64,000 bases of DNA from an uncultured virus (IMG/VR IMGVR_UViG_3300046519_000369) (Duplodnaviria > Heunggongvirae > Uroviricota > Caudoviricetes): the IMG/VR virus record IMGVR_UViG_3300046519_000369; one strand, given 5' to 3'. Below the pieces are notes generated by a model. The model made no database searches. It worked only from the letters and a program-made list of their open reading frames with translations, and had not been told where the DNA came from. The position numbers and the translations under genes are program-made. This document shows, piece after piece, positions 48,947 to 59,819 of this stretch (positions are counted from its first letter, which is position 1; the number at the start of each line of letters is the position of its first letter).

Positions 48947-51900
48947 GATTATTTATAAACAGGATCCTTTGTCTGAAGAAAAGACAATTGAGCAAGCCGA
49001 AACTATTGGGCAATGGCTTACTTCAAAATATGAATACTTACCTGAGCATGTCCGTATTTTTCACACATCAAGCAATATGGATCATGCTGAGATCTCTTTT
49101 GCTAATGAAGTTACACCTAAGAATGCTCACGACTTAAAACAGCTTGATTTCTTGCCAGGCACTTTCATTGTGATTGAAAATCCGAAAGGTATGCCTGCGC
49201 TTATTGCTGCTATCGTTTCTATTGTTTTAAGTGTGGCGATTGCATTTTTAATGCCCGCGCCATCAATTGCCCAAACCACCCAGAATAACAACCAGTCTTC
49301 ATCTGCAAATAACGAACTTTCAAACCGCGAAAACAAAATGCGGGTGAATGGTCGTATTGCTGATATTTATGGGGCTGCTTGGGATACGCCTGATTTAATT
49401 GCAGTTCCTTACAAAGTCTATGAAAACAACGTTGAAGTTGAACATCTTGTTGGTTGTATTGGGCGCGGTCACTATCACATCAAAGGTGCTTACGATGGGG
49501 AAACCAATATTGTTGATATTGCAGGTGCATCGGTAGAGGTCTTTCGACCAGGTGTAGATATTGTTTCTGGACAACCATATTTTTCGCTTGGTAGTGAAAT
49601 AACCACGCCACCTTTAACCGTCCAGCATCAAAACTCAGTGAATGGCCAGATCTTGCGACCAGCTGACACTCAAAGTTTAGAGGGCACAAATTATCTTCAA
49701 TTTGCATACCCAAACGAGATCCTGCGAGCAGCTGCTAATAATACCGATTTAACGACTAAGTTTGTCAGCAATGACCGAGTTGATATCTCTAATGCTTCTT
49801 TTACTTTTAACGGACAAACATACGATTTAAACGGTACGTACGGTGTCTTATCCGTTGCTGATGACCGAATGGCCTTATCTAACCCGGCAGCAGTAAATCC
49901 GAACTGGTTAAAGCTAAAAGAACTCACTAATCAGCAAACTGGTGCTTTATCTCCAAAACTCTCATCCATTGGTGAAAAGTGGATCGGTCCATTTATTCTG
50001 GACAACCTTGAACGTAGTCGTGTCATCTTTAACTTTGTGGCGAATAATGGGCTTTATACAGTCTCTTCAGGAGGTAATCAGGCGGCTGTAAATGTCACCA
50101 TTGAAGTTGAAGTAACTCCAGTGAATGAATCAGGTGCAGCTATTGGCAACCCAATGCTAAAGCAGATCATTCTCAAGGGTTCGGCTAAGTCACGGCAAAC
50201 TGTTGGTGCAACGCTCGATATGGTCACATTTCAGGGGCGCTGTAGTGTACGTGCTCGACGTTTAACACCAACCCCAGCAGTGACAACTGTAGTTGATGAA
50301 GTGAAGTGGCAAGCGCTATACGGCGCATTTCCATTGCAAAGCACGATGTATGAACATGAAACGGTTTTCCGTGCACGTACATATGCAACGACTGGAGCTT
50401 TATCTGTTAAGTCGCGCAAGATCAATTTTGATCTTCAGCGGATGTTGCCAACCTATAAAAATGGAGCAATGACGACAGAGTTATTTCCAACTTCAAGCTT
50501 TGCAGATGCACTGGTTTCAATGGCGCTCGATGACAAGATTGGCCGCCGCACGATCGACGAGATTGATATTGAAAACATCTATCGTACTTATAACGATATT
50601 GTCGATTACTTTGGTACACCTCTAGCAGCCGAGTTCTGTACGACGATTGACGACACCAATCTTTCATTTGAAGAATTGGTCACTAATCTTTGTGATGCTG
50701 TGTTTTGTACAGCATATCGACAGAACAATAAGCTAAAGATCTACTTTGAACGGCCAACAGATAACTCGGTATTGCTGTTTAATTTCAGGAATATCATTCC
50801 GGATAGTTATAAGCATGATCTAACGCTTGGCATGATGGATGACTATGATGGGTTGATCTATGAATATACGGATCCGGCCGATGATAGCCGTATCAATATC
50901 TATTTGCCGGATAAAGGAGCCAAGAACCCTAAAGAGGTGAAATCGGTAGGTGTGCGTAACAAATGGCAAGCCCGTTTTAATGCGTACCGGCTCTGGAACA
51001 AGCTCCGCTTCCAGCGCAAATCCATCACATTTGATGCAGCACCAGAATCGGAATTACTGGTCTTACGTGATCGTATTGCTGTAGCAGATTATCGGAATGG
51101 TATCCATCAAAGCGGTGATGTGGTGAAACAAGAGGGTTTGATTCTTACATTGAGCCATGATGTCGATTTTATTGCTGGCAAGAGCTACGTGATTTATTTG
51201 CAAATGGGAGATGGTACCGTTGATCTACTTCCTATTACTGCCGGATCTGCTAAGAACAAAGTAGTTTTAGGGCGCTTGCCCAACGGGGCATTAAAGTTAA
51301 GTCCTGATGATTTTGTTAATACGATCTATACAGTTGTTAATGACGATACAAAGGACTCCTTACCTTACCTTGTCGCTAAGAAAGACCCAGTGGATAAGTT
51401 CTCAAACACGATTACTGCGGTGAATTACGATGTTCGGTATTACCTCAATGATAAAGATTTTATTGATGTACCAGTCGATGATTCTCCGATTTACATTCGA
51501 TACGATCAGCTGGATATTAATCTTGCACGTCTATATCAAATGCAAAGAGGTGACTTGCCAACGACTGGAGAAATTAGCTTTATCGTTGAAGCGGGTGCTT
51601 TGGTTTCGAGTTCTAGTTCACTTCGACCAGAAACAAGAATGGTTTATAAGTTTGACTATAACTCTAGTCCAGCAAAACAAGAGTTTATTGTACCTGCAGC
51701 ACCAGAACTGCCTGCGATTGATACAGGAGAGTTTCCTCCTGGTCTTACTGTAAATCTTACGATTAAAGGTTCAGTGGTTGGGCGTGGGGGCGATGGTGGT
51801 TTGCCACATTTGGCCTTTGGTGCATGGTCTAGTGATCCTGATTATAACTTTGCCAAAACACGCCGTGATGGGTTCCAAGGTGCACCGGGTTTAATGAACC

Positions 51901-52376
51901 GGCACGGTAAATTGAACCTGATTATTGACGGCGGAACACTTGCTCGAGGCGGCTCTGGAGGTGGTGCTACTCCAAGTGGTATCTACACTGAACTAACTTA
52001 TGGAGTTCAAGGAGTACCTGGTGGAGCTGGTGCACCTTTTGGACGGGTTATGACAGGTCAGCCAATTTACAATGATACTCAAGACTGGCGTTGGTACTTT
52101 ACTGGCTATTTTGTGGTAGATAAGGTTACTGATGCAGAAGCTTCAGTACCTGGTAAAGGTTACCGAACTCAAAATGACCGCTATGGATCTCCTTTATCCG
52201 GTGATGGTGGTGGTTGGGGGCAACGTGGTACCAAGTCTACGAATGATGGAACTTCGAACTGGAATTACCATGGCACAACTGAAGGTCAACCGGGACCGGG
52301 TGGTATCGCAATTGTAGGAATAGCACCCCTTACAATTAAATTGATTAATGGAGGAAAAATCTTACAAACTGTTTAA
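48939..52376 (+). CDS. Tail tip/central fibre (host specificity) protein
   Basis: IADIYG...PDL; glycine-rich C-terminus. Confidence 0.88.
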   Translation: MIKIIYKQDPLSEEKTIEQAETIGQWLTSKYEYLPEHVRIFHTSSNMDHAEISFANEVTPKNAHDLKQLDFLPGTFIVIENPKGMPALIAAIVSIVLSVAIAFLMPAPSIAQTTQNNNQSSSANNELSNRENKMRVNGRIADIYGAAWDTPDLIAVPYKVYENNVEVEHLVGCIGRGHYHIKGAYDGETNIVDIAGASVEVFRPGVDIVSGQPYFSLGSEITTPPLTVQHQNSVNGQILRPADTQSLEGTNYLQFAYPNEILRAAANNTDLTTKFVSNDRVDISNASFTFNGQTYDLNGTYGVLSVADDRMALSNPAAVNPNWLKLKELTNQQTGALSPKLSSIGEKWIGPFILDNLERSRVIFNFVANNGLYTVSSGGNQAAVNVTIEVEVTPVNESGAAIGNPMLKQIILKGSAKSRQTVGATLDMVTFQGRCSVRARRLTPTPAVTTVVDEVKWQALYGAFPLQSTMYEHETVFRARTYATTGALSVKSRKINFDLQRMLPTYKNGAMTTELFPTSSFADALVSMALDDKIGRRTIDEIDIENIYRTYNDIVDYFGTPLAAEFCTTIDDTNLSFEELVTNLCDAVFCTAYRQNNKLKIYFERPTDNSVLLFNFRNIIPDSYKHDLTLGMMDDYDGLIYEYTDPADDSRINIYLPDKGAKNPKEVKSVGVRNKWQARFNAYRLWNKLRFQRKSITFDAAPESELLVLRDRIAVADYRNGIHQSGDVVKQEGLILTLSHDVDFIAGKSYVIYLQMGDGTVDLLPITAGSAKNKVVLGRLPNGALKLSPDDFVNTIYTVVNDDTKDSLPYLVAKKDPVDKFSNTITAVNYDVRYYLNDKDFIDVPVDDSPIYIRYDQLDINLARLYQMQRGDLPTTGEISFIVEAGALVSSSSSLRPETRMVYKFDYNSSPAKQEFIVPAAPELPAIDTGEFPPGLTVNLTIKGSVVGRGGDGGLPHLAFGAWSSDPDYNFAKTRRDGFQGAPGLMNRHGKLNLIIDGGTLARGGSGGGATPSGIYTELTYGVQGVPGGAGAPFGRVMTGQPIYNDTQDWRWYFTGYFVVDKVTDAEASVPGKGYRTQNDRYGSPLSGDGGGWGQRGTKSTNDGTSNWNYHGTTEGQPGPGGIAIVGIAPLTIKLINGGKILQTV

Positions 52377-52526
52377 AACTTTGAAAGAACATTGAGCACC
52401 CATTTTGGGTGCTTTTTTATCAGCTATATTTGGTGAGTGACTGTAATTTTTTAAATTAACTCAATCTAAATGTGATATTCGAATAAATAACTTTAACTTT
52501 ATTAATTTTAAGTAAGGTAGCTAAGA

Positions 52527-54170
52527 ATGGATGTTATAGAAAGTACCAGTGAATTATTGAATATTCAAAATCCTGTAAATGGTCAAACTGTATACTTGAA
52601 ATCATACTATGCAGGACAAAACCGTGGTGGTGGCCACTTTATTTATGATTCAACAAGATCTACCCAGAATGATAGTGGAACTGTTTTTAATGGATGGGTG
52701 CGGCAAATAGGTTTTGGTGAGTTGTACCTCAGTTGGTTTGGTGCAAAATTTGATGGCTCGGATGATGCATCTGCTTATCAGGCAGCAATTAATGCTTCAG
52801 ATAATGAAACTACAATTTTTGCAGATGGTGACTTTACATTTAGTACTGTTGATTATGGAAGTAAAGCTGTAAGTCTTCGTGGTGTTCCCTCAATTTCGGC
52901 ACAAACATTAAAAACAACTATTCGTATTAGTGGAGCAGGAATTAAGTGTAATACTCAAAAAGTAAAGCTTGCGTATATTGATTTTCAATCAACGGGTACC
53001 AAAACAGATAATTTAAATATCTGTTTACTTACGAATAGTAAAATTAATGGTGCATGGGTTCATGTTTTAAATTGTCGAGCATCAGGTTTTTCAGGCCATC
53101 TAATTTTTGCTAAAGATCTTATTGATTCAAAAATCAGTGGATTTATTCCTAACAGCAATAATATTGTATTTAAGTTTGTAAAAGATGAATGGGAAAATAA
53201 TACGACTATTCAACTTGAAAAAGTTTATGCCCAAAATAATACATTGTTATTTGATGCTGATTACTGTACTCAATCTTCAATGATTGATTGTATTTTTGAG
53301 TTTAATACATCAATGGGGCATATCAATAATGGTGTTTGGACAATCGTCAATTTATACACAGAGAATAATAGTGCTCCTTTAACTGCAACTAATACACGGT
53401 TATTAAGAATGTATCATTTTGCATTTACTGCAAATGATACGATTAATGTTACGCAGCCTGACCTATTTTATATTGATAAAGGGACTAGCTTATTCACTCC
53501 ACGTGTAGCTGGAGTTTTCGAATTACAAAAGGAATTTGAGCGTTTCAAACGTATTACCCCTTCATTTTCTGGATCTACATGGACCAAATTAGGTACTGCG
53601 GCTATAGGCGAGGCTGGAATTCTATGTTTAGAGATCCTTGGAACGAATAGCTATACTCAAGGAAATCCTTCTGCTTCTTCTGCGTTAGGGAAAACAATAG
53701 TATTTGCACAGTGTAAAAATAACTCAAATGCTGCAAATGCAAATATCCAAGCCACATGGCATCACATAGGAAATGGGGCAGGTATTCAAGAGGTACGTTT
53801 CGTACAAACATCTACCAATAGGTATGTTTATGATGTTTATGTCCTTCAGTCTTCAAATGCATATATTTCTTGTGCAGCAGAAATTAGTGGTGGTGATGCA
53901 TTTGTTTGGGATATACAACGCTTAGTTTCAAAACCTACAGGTGGGGGTTCAGGAGATGTAAATACACCAACAATGCTAATTGCATATCCTTATGTCAAGC
54001 TTCAAGCAGGTTCTGGATTTATTGGAGTAGATGAATCTGGTAATCCAATGCTGGGTGGTGTTTCAACTACTACTGCTATGACTGGAACAGCCAGTCCCTT
54101 ACCTGCACAACCAGCAGGATATTTATCGATTAACATCAACGGTACAGTTCGGAAAGTTCCATATTATTAA
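52527..54170 (+). CDS. Tailspike-like beta-helix protein lacking a virion anchor
   Basis: GQTV..KSYY....GGG.F.YD...NDSGTV..GW.R; WFGA..DG.DD..A.Q.A; ends ING..RKVPYY. Confidence 0.75.
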   Translation: MDVIESTSELLNIQNPVNGQTVYLKSYYAGQNRGGGHFIYDSTRSTQNDSGTVFNGWVRQIGFGELYLSWFGAKFDGSDDASAYQAAINASDNETTIFADGDFTFSTVDYGSKAVSLRGVPSISAQTLKTTIRISGAGIKCNTQKVKLAYIDFQSTGTKTDNLNICLLTNSKINGAWVHVLNCRASGFSGHLIFAKDLIDSKISGFIPNSNNIVFKFVKDEWENNTTIQLEKVYAQNNTLLFDADYCTQSSMIDCIFEFNTSMGHINNGVWTIVNLYTENNSAPLTATNTRLLRMYHFAFTANDTINVTQPDLFYIDKGTSLFTPRVAGVFELQKEFERFKRITPSFSGSTWTKLGTAAIGEAGILCLEILGTNSYTQGNPSASSALGKTIVFAQCKNNSNAANANIQATWHHIGNGAGIQEVRFVQTSTNRYVYDVYVLQSSNAYISCAAEISGGDAFVWDIQRLVSKPTGGGSGDVNTPTMLIAYPYVKLQAGSGFIGVDESGNPMLGGVSTTTAMTGTASPLPAQPAGYLSININGTVRKVPYY

Positions 54171-54246
54171 TAGTAAATAAAGGCTCTAAGTGAAATCTTA
54201 GGGCCTTTTTATTTCTTATAAAATTTCTTAAAAAATGGTGAGAAAA

Positions 54247-56067
54247 ATGGCAACAGTAAATGCAATAGATGTAATTGATGGTGATAAAAATCAACATGAA
54301 ATCAATGAGCTAAATACAGGGGTAATAAAAAATATCGATGAACTTAGGGAATTCATAGGGTCTTTCCAAAATCAAATGGCGCAAACCATTGAATACCATG
54401 CTGGTAGTGGCTATGGTGGTGCACTATATAAGTGGGATAGTTCAGCCAATGAGGATGATGATGGGTGTTCTGTAATTGCAGTTACAGGTGTTGGTATAGG
54501 GCGCTGGAAACTTCAATTAATTAACAGAACCATTCATGCTACACAAGCAGGGCTACTTGCGAACTTGGCTCAAACCGATCTAATTAACCAGTCATCTATT
54601 GTTCAAAAGTGTATAGATTACATCGCACTAATAGGGGGCGGGGTTGTTAAACTTCCAAAAGGTCACATTTACGCGCAGGTTCTAGCGAAGTCCAATGTTG
54701 AAATTCATGGCACATTTGAATCATTCGTGACTACAAAAAACTATGCGGAAATATCGGCAAACCCAACTGGAGTAGTGCAAACTGTTAGATATGAACATGG
54801 TACTTTCTGGCACTCAACAAGCTCAACAGATTTATTCTTTATGCCCGAAAACGTGTCTAATTGCACAATTTCTAATTTAAAAATGCTGGGTCTGCGACTG
54901 GACCAATCATCATCAGCGTGCGGTTTTGGTATGCGCATCACTGGCGATAGTTTTACTGCAAAATACGTGGATACATCAGGATTTAGGTTTGAAGGTTTGT
55001 ATATTCGCGGCAAGGTTGGGGTTGATTGTGGAAATCACTATTTTGAGAATTGTAATTTTGATGATGCACGACGCAATACAGCAGCACTGATCTTCTGTCA
55101 TGATGTGCATTTCAAAAATTGTAAGTTCCGACAATTAAAGCCTGAATTATCGTGGATTTACTTGTTCGACATCGAACCAAACCCTAGTACGTCTGACACT
55201 GTTTATAACGTGACAATGGAAAACTGTGAATTTAATGCAGTTTCTAGTTTAGATGCCGAACCCACTGTTTTGGTTAAAGAGCAAAATACTCCTACAGGAT
55301 CACCTAACGTTAAATTTTTAAATTGCCGATTCAAGGGGGTTGCTACAATACGTAATAATTGTGCTAACGGATGGAAGGATTGTATTGTAGATAACTGTGA
55401 GTTTGACACTTATGCTTTTAGTACAACACTTGGTTATACAATTTTATCAGGTAAGTTTACAAACAATCGCATGTATGGATTAGTAGCTAAAGGGTTTTCT
55501 TTTAATACGCCTGCGACAGGGGACTTTATCATTGAAGGTAATATTTTTAATGATACTGTATTCACTTCAAATATTTTAACAAGTCAAGCATCATTTGGGC
55601 TGAATACTTTTACAGGTACAGCAACATTAGTAACACCAATAGACCGCAGATCAATTACCGCTCAATATCGCATCACTCCATCCGTTCTTGAAGTTGTAAG
55701 CCCAGTTGGGGCTGCTTTAACAGCATATAGTCATATTGAAGTTAGACAAATTAATCTATCAACAACTTTAACGGATATCTTAACGACTCGGCTACGCTCA
55801 GGTGTAAAGATTACCATTACAGGTTGCGATGCCAATGACTCGATAGGGAGCAAGGCTTTCGTAGAGCTATTTATTAATAGCGACAATACTGCAAGCGCTA
55901 CAGCAGCTCAGGAAATACTTAACCCTGCTACTTATGGAATAACTTTTGCTTGGAGTGGGCGAACTCTGCAATTAGCCTCCAAGTCCACAGCAGCCAATCA
56001 GTTTATTATTAAGGTCGAGGTTTTCGCAGCGTTGCCGCAGTATAAGGACGTAGCATGGTTAGTTTGA
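54247..56067 (+). CDS. Tailspike/pectate-lyase-like beta-helix protein lacking a virion anchor
   Basis: YH.G...GG..Y.WD....DDG......G.GRW; GGG.V.LP.G; RRN; FDIEPN. Confidence 0.75.
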   Translation: MATVNAIDVIDGDKNQHEINELNTGVIKNIDELREFIGSFQNQMAQTIEYHAGSGYGGALYKWDSSANEDDDGCSVIAVTGVGIGRWKLQLINRTIHATQAGLLANLAQTDLINQSSIVQKCIDYIALIGGGVVKLPKGHIYAQVLAKSNVEIHGTFESFVTTKNYAEISANPTGVVQTVRYEHGTFWHSTSSTDLFFMPENVSNCTISNLKMLGLRLDQSSSACGFGMRITGDSFTAKYVDTSGFRFEGLYIRGKVGVDCGNHYFENCNFDDARRNTAALIFCHDVHFKNCKFRQLKPELSWIYLFDIEPNPSTSDTVYNVTMENCEFNAVSSLDAEPTVLVKEQNTPTGSPNVKFLNCRFKGVATIRNNCANGWKDCIVDNCEFDTYAFSTTLGYTILSGKFTNNRMYGLVAKGFSFNTPATGDFIIEGNIFNDTVFTSNILTSQASFGLNTFTGTATLVTPIDRRSITAQYRITPSVLEVVSPVGAALTAYSHIEVRQINLSTTLTDILTTRLRSGVKITITGCDANDSIGSKAFVELFINSDNTASATAAQEILNPATYGITFAWSGRTLQLASKSTAANQFIIKVEVFAALPQYKDVAWLV

Positions 56068-56196
56068 TGAGAAAAAAAGCACTCTAGGGTGCTTTTTTTC
56101 TTTTTTAGATTACATGTATAACCCAATAAACAACCACAGGCCCTTTGCTTCAATAGCTTAGGGCATTTTTATTACCTAAATTTTCTGGAGATATAA

Positions 56197-56586
56197 ATGG
56201 AACCAGTTTCTACTAGCGGTTTAACAGCACTTTTAAAATTTTACGGTGCAGCAATTATGGTGACTTTAGCGGTCGCATTAGTTGCTGCAGTTGTTTTGAT
56301 GACACGTATGCCGCGCTCACCTCAAGAATGGGCCGTGGGGCTCATTTGTACGGTTGTATCAAGTCTCGCAGGTGGCTCATTTATTATCGTGAAGTGGGGG
56401 CTTCATGAATGGGTTACTGATGTGTGGGGAATGATTGCCTTAGGGGGCTTCTTCTTCATATGCGGTATTCCCGGCTGGGCTTTAGTTCGATGGATCTTTA
56501 ACTTCATTGCTAAACAAGAAGGTAAAACAATTGTTGAAGTGATCAAAGAAGTTAAAAAAGCCAAAGATGATATTCAAAATAGTTAA
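56197..56586 (+). CDS. Holin
   Basis: Three TM segments, basic C-terminus, upstream of endolysin. Confidence 0.75.
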   Translation: MEPVSTSGLTALLKFYGAAIMVTLAVALVAAVVLMTRMPRSPQEWAVGLICTVVSSLAGGSFIIVKWGLHEWVTDVWGMIALGGFFFICGIPGWALVRWIFNFIAKQEGKTIVEVIKEVKKAKDDIQNS

Positions 56587-56704
56587 CCGCCTTCAGGCGG
56601 TATTATTCAATAGTTCACTTATATTTCTGTCATCTGTCGGAATTAATCAAATGATTTAGAGACTTGTTTATACTAAATGTTCAAAATAAAAACAGGATAA
56701 CGCC

Positions 56705-57577
56705 GTGAAAAAGATAATTTTAGCAACAGTAATGGGTTTCAGTGGAGTAGGTAGTGCTTTTGCCGAGTGTACCTATAGCTTTGATGCAACTTTACAGGAT
56801 TTAAAAGCATTAGAAGCAGCAGTAGGTGGAAGTACATCAAATTACCGATATATTGAGAAAGTTGCCAATATAAATAGCGCTAATCAATCTGGTTATGATC
56901 TTATAAATTATTACTCAAATAAAAATGTTGACTTATATTTAGCTTCTAAAAAGTATGCTCAATTTAAAACCCAGTATCATCTTAAAACTCCAGATAATGT
57001 TGTTTTAATTGATAAGCCTATTGCCACTTCAAATATCTTTGTCCAAGAATTTGTTTTTGATGTTAGCAATTTGCAAGTCAATCTTGGTACTACTTCGCAA
57101 ATTTATAATTACGGTTTTTTAGTCACAGGTTCTTCTCAGAGCAAAATAGAATTAGCCTTAAACGTAATTTTTGTTAAAGCAAATAATTATTCAGGCGCGA
57201 TAAATGGTAATTCTATTACTGTGTTGGGTGTAACTAATAAATCAGATGGTACAGGTTATCTAGCGCCTTTAAGTGCCGCTAGCACAAATATTCCTGTACA
57301 AATACCAGCTGATGGAAAGGTCAGAGTGGGCATTTATGTAAACCAAAATAGCAAACAAGTTGGTTATATAATTAATGGTACTAACTATGGCTATCTAAAT
57401 ATTGTTATGGAAAACAAATTAAGTAATATCAGCTTTACTGGTGTAATTAATCAAAATCCATTTGCTAACTCTGCTTTGACTGGTAAAACGGTTGGGCTTC
57501 AATTGGTTACAGATAAGTCTAAAATGCAGTTTACTTATCCTACTGGAGCTAAGGATATTTGTGGAGTAGCGTTGTAA
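56705..57577 (+). CDS. Exported moron protein (DUF4882-like)
   Basis: Signal peptide; AECTY.FDAT; YPTG.KDICG. Confidence 0.7.
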   Translation: MKKIILATVMGFSGVGSAFAECTYSFDATLQDLKALEAAVGGSTSNYRYIEKVANINSANQSGYDLINYYSNKNVDLYLASKKYAQFKTQYHLKTPDNVVLIDKPIATSNIFVQEFVFDVSNLQVNLGTTSQIYNYGFLVTGSSQSKIELALNVIFVKANNYSGAINGNSITVLGVTNKSDGTGYLAPLSAASTNIPVQIPADGKVRVGIYVNQNSKQVGYIINGTNYGYLNIVMENKLSNISFTGVINQNPFANSALTGKTVGLQLVTDKSKMQFTYPTGAKDICGVAL

Positions 57578-57789
57578 AACTGCGAATTAAATTAGCTATT
57601 TTTTCTCAACAGCCACCTTCGGGTGGTTCTATTTTATAAAAGAGTAGTTTTGAGGTTTAATTTATTTTTATTAAGTGATTGAAAGTATTGTATTATTTTT
57701 TAGTAATAGTTAAAATCTTCGTCACTTTTAATAATATTAATTTTATTAAAATTTCATATAAATATTTGATTAGTATAAGGGTGTTTTAA

Positions 57790-58128
57790 ATGTTGAGATG
57801 GCTTATCTTTCTTGTTATTCCTATCATGCTTCCAGGTTCTTTATATCCTCTGTTGATTGAGTTAACTAAAGCATTTAATGACATAGCTCAAAGAGTTGTT
57901 GCCCTTATAGTTATGTATATTGTAGCTGCTTTTATTGCTGCGACAGTAACTTATGAAAATAATCCATATGGTAATAAATTGAAACCTGTCATTGTAGTGT
58001 TATCAATTGGAGCATTATTATTTTTTATTTCTTCCAAAACTTTAATCGCGATTATTTATCTTATTGCAAGTATATTTATAGTTGTAAAGTGGCATAAGAA
58101 ATTTAAGGATAAACCTTTGCCAAATTGA
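57790..58128 (+). CDS. Small multi-pass membrane protein
   Basis: About four TM segments. Confidence 0.7.
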   Translation: MLRWLIFLVIPIMLPGSLYPLLIELTKAFNDIAQRVVALIVMYIVAAFIAATVTYENNPYGNKLKPVIVVLSIGALLFFISSKTLIAIIYLIASIFIVVKWHKKFKDKPLPN

Positions 58129-58203
58129 ATAGCAATTTAACTAGTTAAGAATATTTCAACCTAACCCGCATATGCGGGTTTTTTACGTCCAAAGGAAAGT
58201 GAA

Positions 58204-58749
58204 ATGAACATTGAACAATATCTTGAAGAATTGATTAAACGCGAAGGTGGTTACGTGAATAACCCTGCTGACCGTGGTGGCGCAACTAAGTACGGTATTA
58301 CTGAAGCAGTTGCTCGAGCAAACGGGTTTAAAGCCAGTATGAAAGACTTACCTCTTGAGGTGGCCAAGTCTATTTATCGTAAACAATACTGGATCTCACC
58401 GCGTTTTGATCAGGTGAATGCCGTTTCTTCTGCAGTAGCTGAAGAGTTATTAGATACCGGTGTGAACTGTGGTACCGGCTTTACAAAACCACTTTTACAG
58501 CGTGCATTAAACCTACTGAATAATCAGGGTAAAGCAGGGTGGTCAGATTTAACTGTTGATGGAATTTATGGTCCAGCGACATTAAATGCACTAAAAACTT
58601 TTCTGGCCAAACGTGGGAAAGATGGGGAGAAGGTTTTGCTTCGAATACTCAACATCATGCAAGGCCAGCGTTACATTGAAATTTGTGAACGTAATCCAAG
58701 CCAAGAACAATTCTTTTACGGTTGGATTGCTAACCGAGTTTCATTATGA
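58204..58749 (+). CDS. Endolysin, GH108 + PG-binding-3
   Basis: EGGYVNNPADRGGATKYGIT; F.YGW..NR. Confidence 0.95.
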   Translation: MNIEQYLEELIKREGGYVNNPADRGGATKYGITEAVARANGFKASMKDLPLEVAKSIYRKQYWISPRFDQVNAVSSAVAEELLDTGVNCGTGFTKPLLQRALNLLNNQGKAGWSDLTVDGIYGPATLNALKTFLAKRGKDGEKVLLRILNIMQGQRYIEICERNPSQEQFFYGWIANRVSL

Positions 58750-58844
58750 AGGTTCTGGTTTTGCTGTGCATTTTGCTTTCAAGATGCACAGCTCATACTA
58801 TCAATAATAATGTGAATGTGGGTATTTGTGTGAAAGCTCTCTGA
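58746..58844 (+). CDS. Tiny lysis-cassette lipoprotein-like ORF (32 aa; possible spanin-like component)
   Basis: ATGA overlap with endolysin; MKVLVLLCILLSRCTAHTINNNVNVGICVKAL; two further copies downstream. Confidence 0.6.
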   Translation: MKVLVLLCILLSRCTAHTINNNVNVGICVKAL

Positions 58845-58955
58845 CGAGGGCTTTTTTTATAAATAATTTTAACTGTAAAATCTAGAGCATAATTGACCAT
58901 ACTAACTTAAATAGCAGTAACTTTCATGCTAAATGGATTAGTTATTTTACATATA

Positions 58956-59378
58956 TTAGTCCAGAAGCCCAGCTATCCAGAAACCATGATTTGCGCAACT
59001 ATCGGGAATAGAAGGGGTGACATGTGTAGATTTTACTTCATCTAATAGGCCACCGCCTATTGATATTTCTTCGCCAATTAAAACAGATCGATTTGAAAAA
59101 CTATTGGTAATTTTAAATATACCATTTCCTAGGTTTTCTAATTTGCTGCCATAGCGCCAAATAATTAATGGACCCGTTTCATCGCCGAGTCTGATACATC
59201 CATTTTTATCTGCATAAAGCTTTCCATGTGCTGAGGCCATCATTGAAATATTACTTCTAGTATTGCTTGTGATAAGTATCGGTTGAATAGAGACCTCTTC
59301 ATTGTTAGCTATAATAGGCTTTATCATGCAAGAAGTAACACTAATAGTCATTAACGATGCTAAGAGTTGTATTTTCAT
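58956..59378 (-). CDS. Lipoprotein
   Basis: VTSC lipobox; G.L....GCI.L; related to 59391 protein. Confidence 0.75.
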   Translation of the reverse strand: MKIQLLASLMTISVTSCMIKPIIANNEEVSIQPILITSNTRSNISMMASAHGKLYADKNGCIRLGDETGPLIIWRYGSKLENLGNGIFKITNSFSNRSVLIGEEISIGGGLLDEVKSTHVTPSIPDSCANHGFWIAGLLD

Positions 59379-59390
59379 ATAAGGGCTTTT

Positions 59391-59819
59391 TTACTTTTTA
59401 GTAATAGGTTCTATAAGTTGATTGATAATAACACCTTTACTTAGATCACATGCTGGTTCGGGTTTAACGATCCAGTTGTAGTCATTCAAATTAAGTGCAT
59501 AAGCTTCTCCACTACCATAAGCAATAGTATCACCCTCTTTATATTCTTTTGAGTCAACAATTAAAAGATGCTTATTGCTATCCCAATGAGCATCTTTAGT
59601 TGCGAAAACAGGAAGGACTCGATCACTTTCATGCATTAAATAAACACACGAATCTTCAATTTTGATTTGTGCCTCGCTATAGCTTGCATTATCAGCAACG
59701 CCTGAGTAAGCAATTTTTGGCACAATAACCTTATTTTGAGGCTGAGAAGGATTAATACATCCATTAAGCAAGATGACTAATCCAGTTAGAAAAGTGATTA
59801 AAATATTTTGTTTATTCAT
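59391..59819 (-). CDS. Lipoprotein
   Basis: LNGC lipobox. Confidence 0.75.
   Translation of the reverse strand: MNKQNILITFLTGLVILLNGCINPSQPQNKVIVPKIAYSGVADNASYSEAQIKIEDSCVYLMHESDRVLPVFATKDAHWDSNKHLLIVDSKEYKEGDTIAYGSGEAYALNLNDYNWIVKPEPACDLSKGVIINQLIEPITKK

Larger units (their letters stand above)
1375..59819. mobile_element. Lambdoid siphovirus-type prophage (boundaries approximate; att sites not identified)
   Basis: Ordered modules int-xis-recombination-immunity-replication-Q-packaging-head-tail-lysis. Confidence 0.93.

Noticed and set aside
48939..56067. Diversity-generating retroelement or invertible tail-fibre switch
   Set aside because: No reverse transcriptase, invertase, TR/VR pair or flanking inverted repeats seen.
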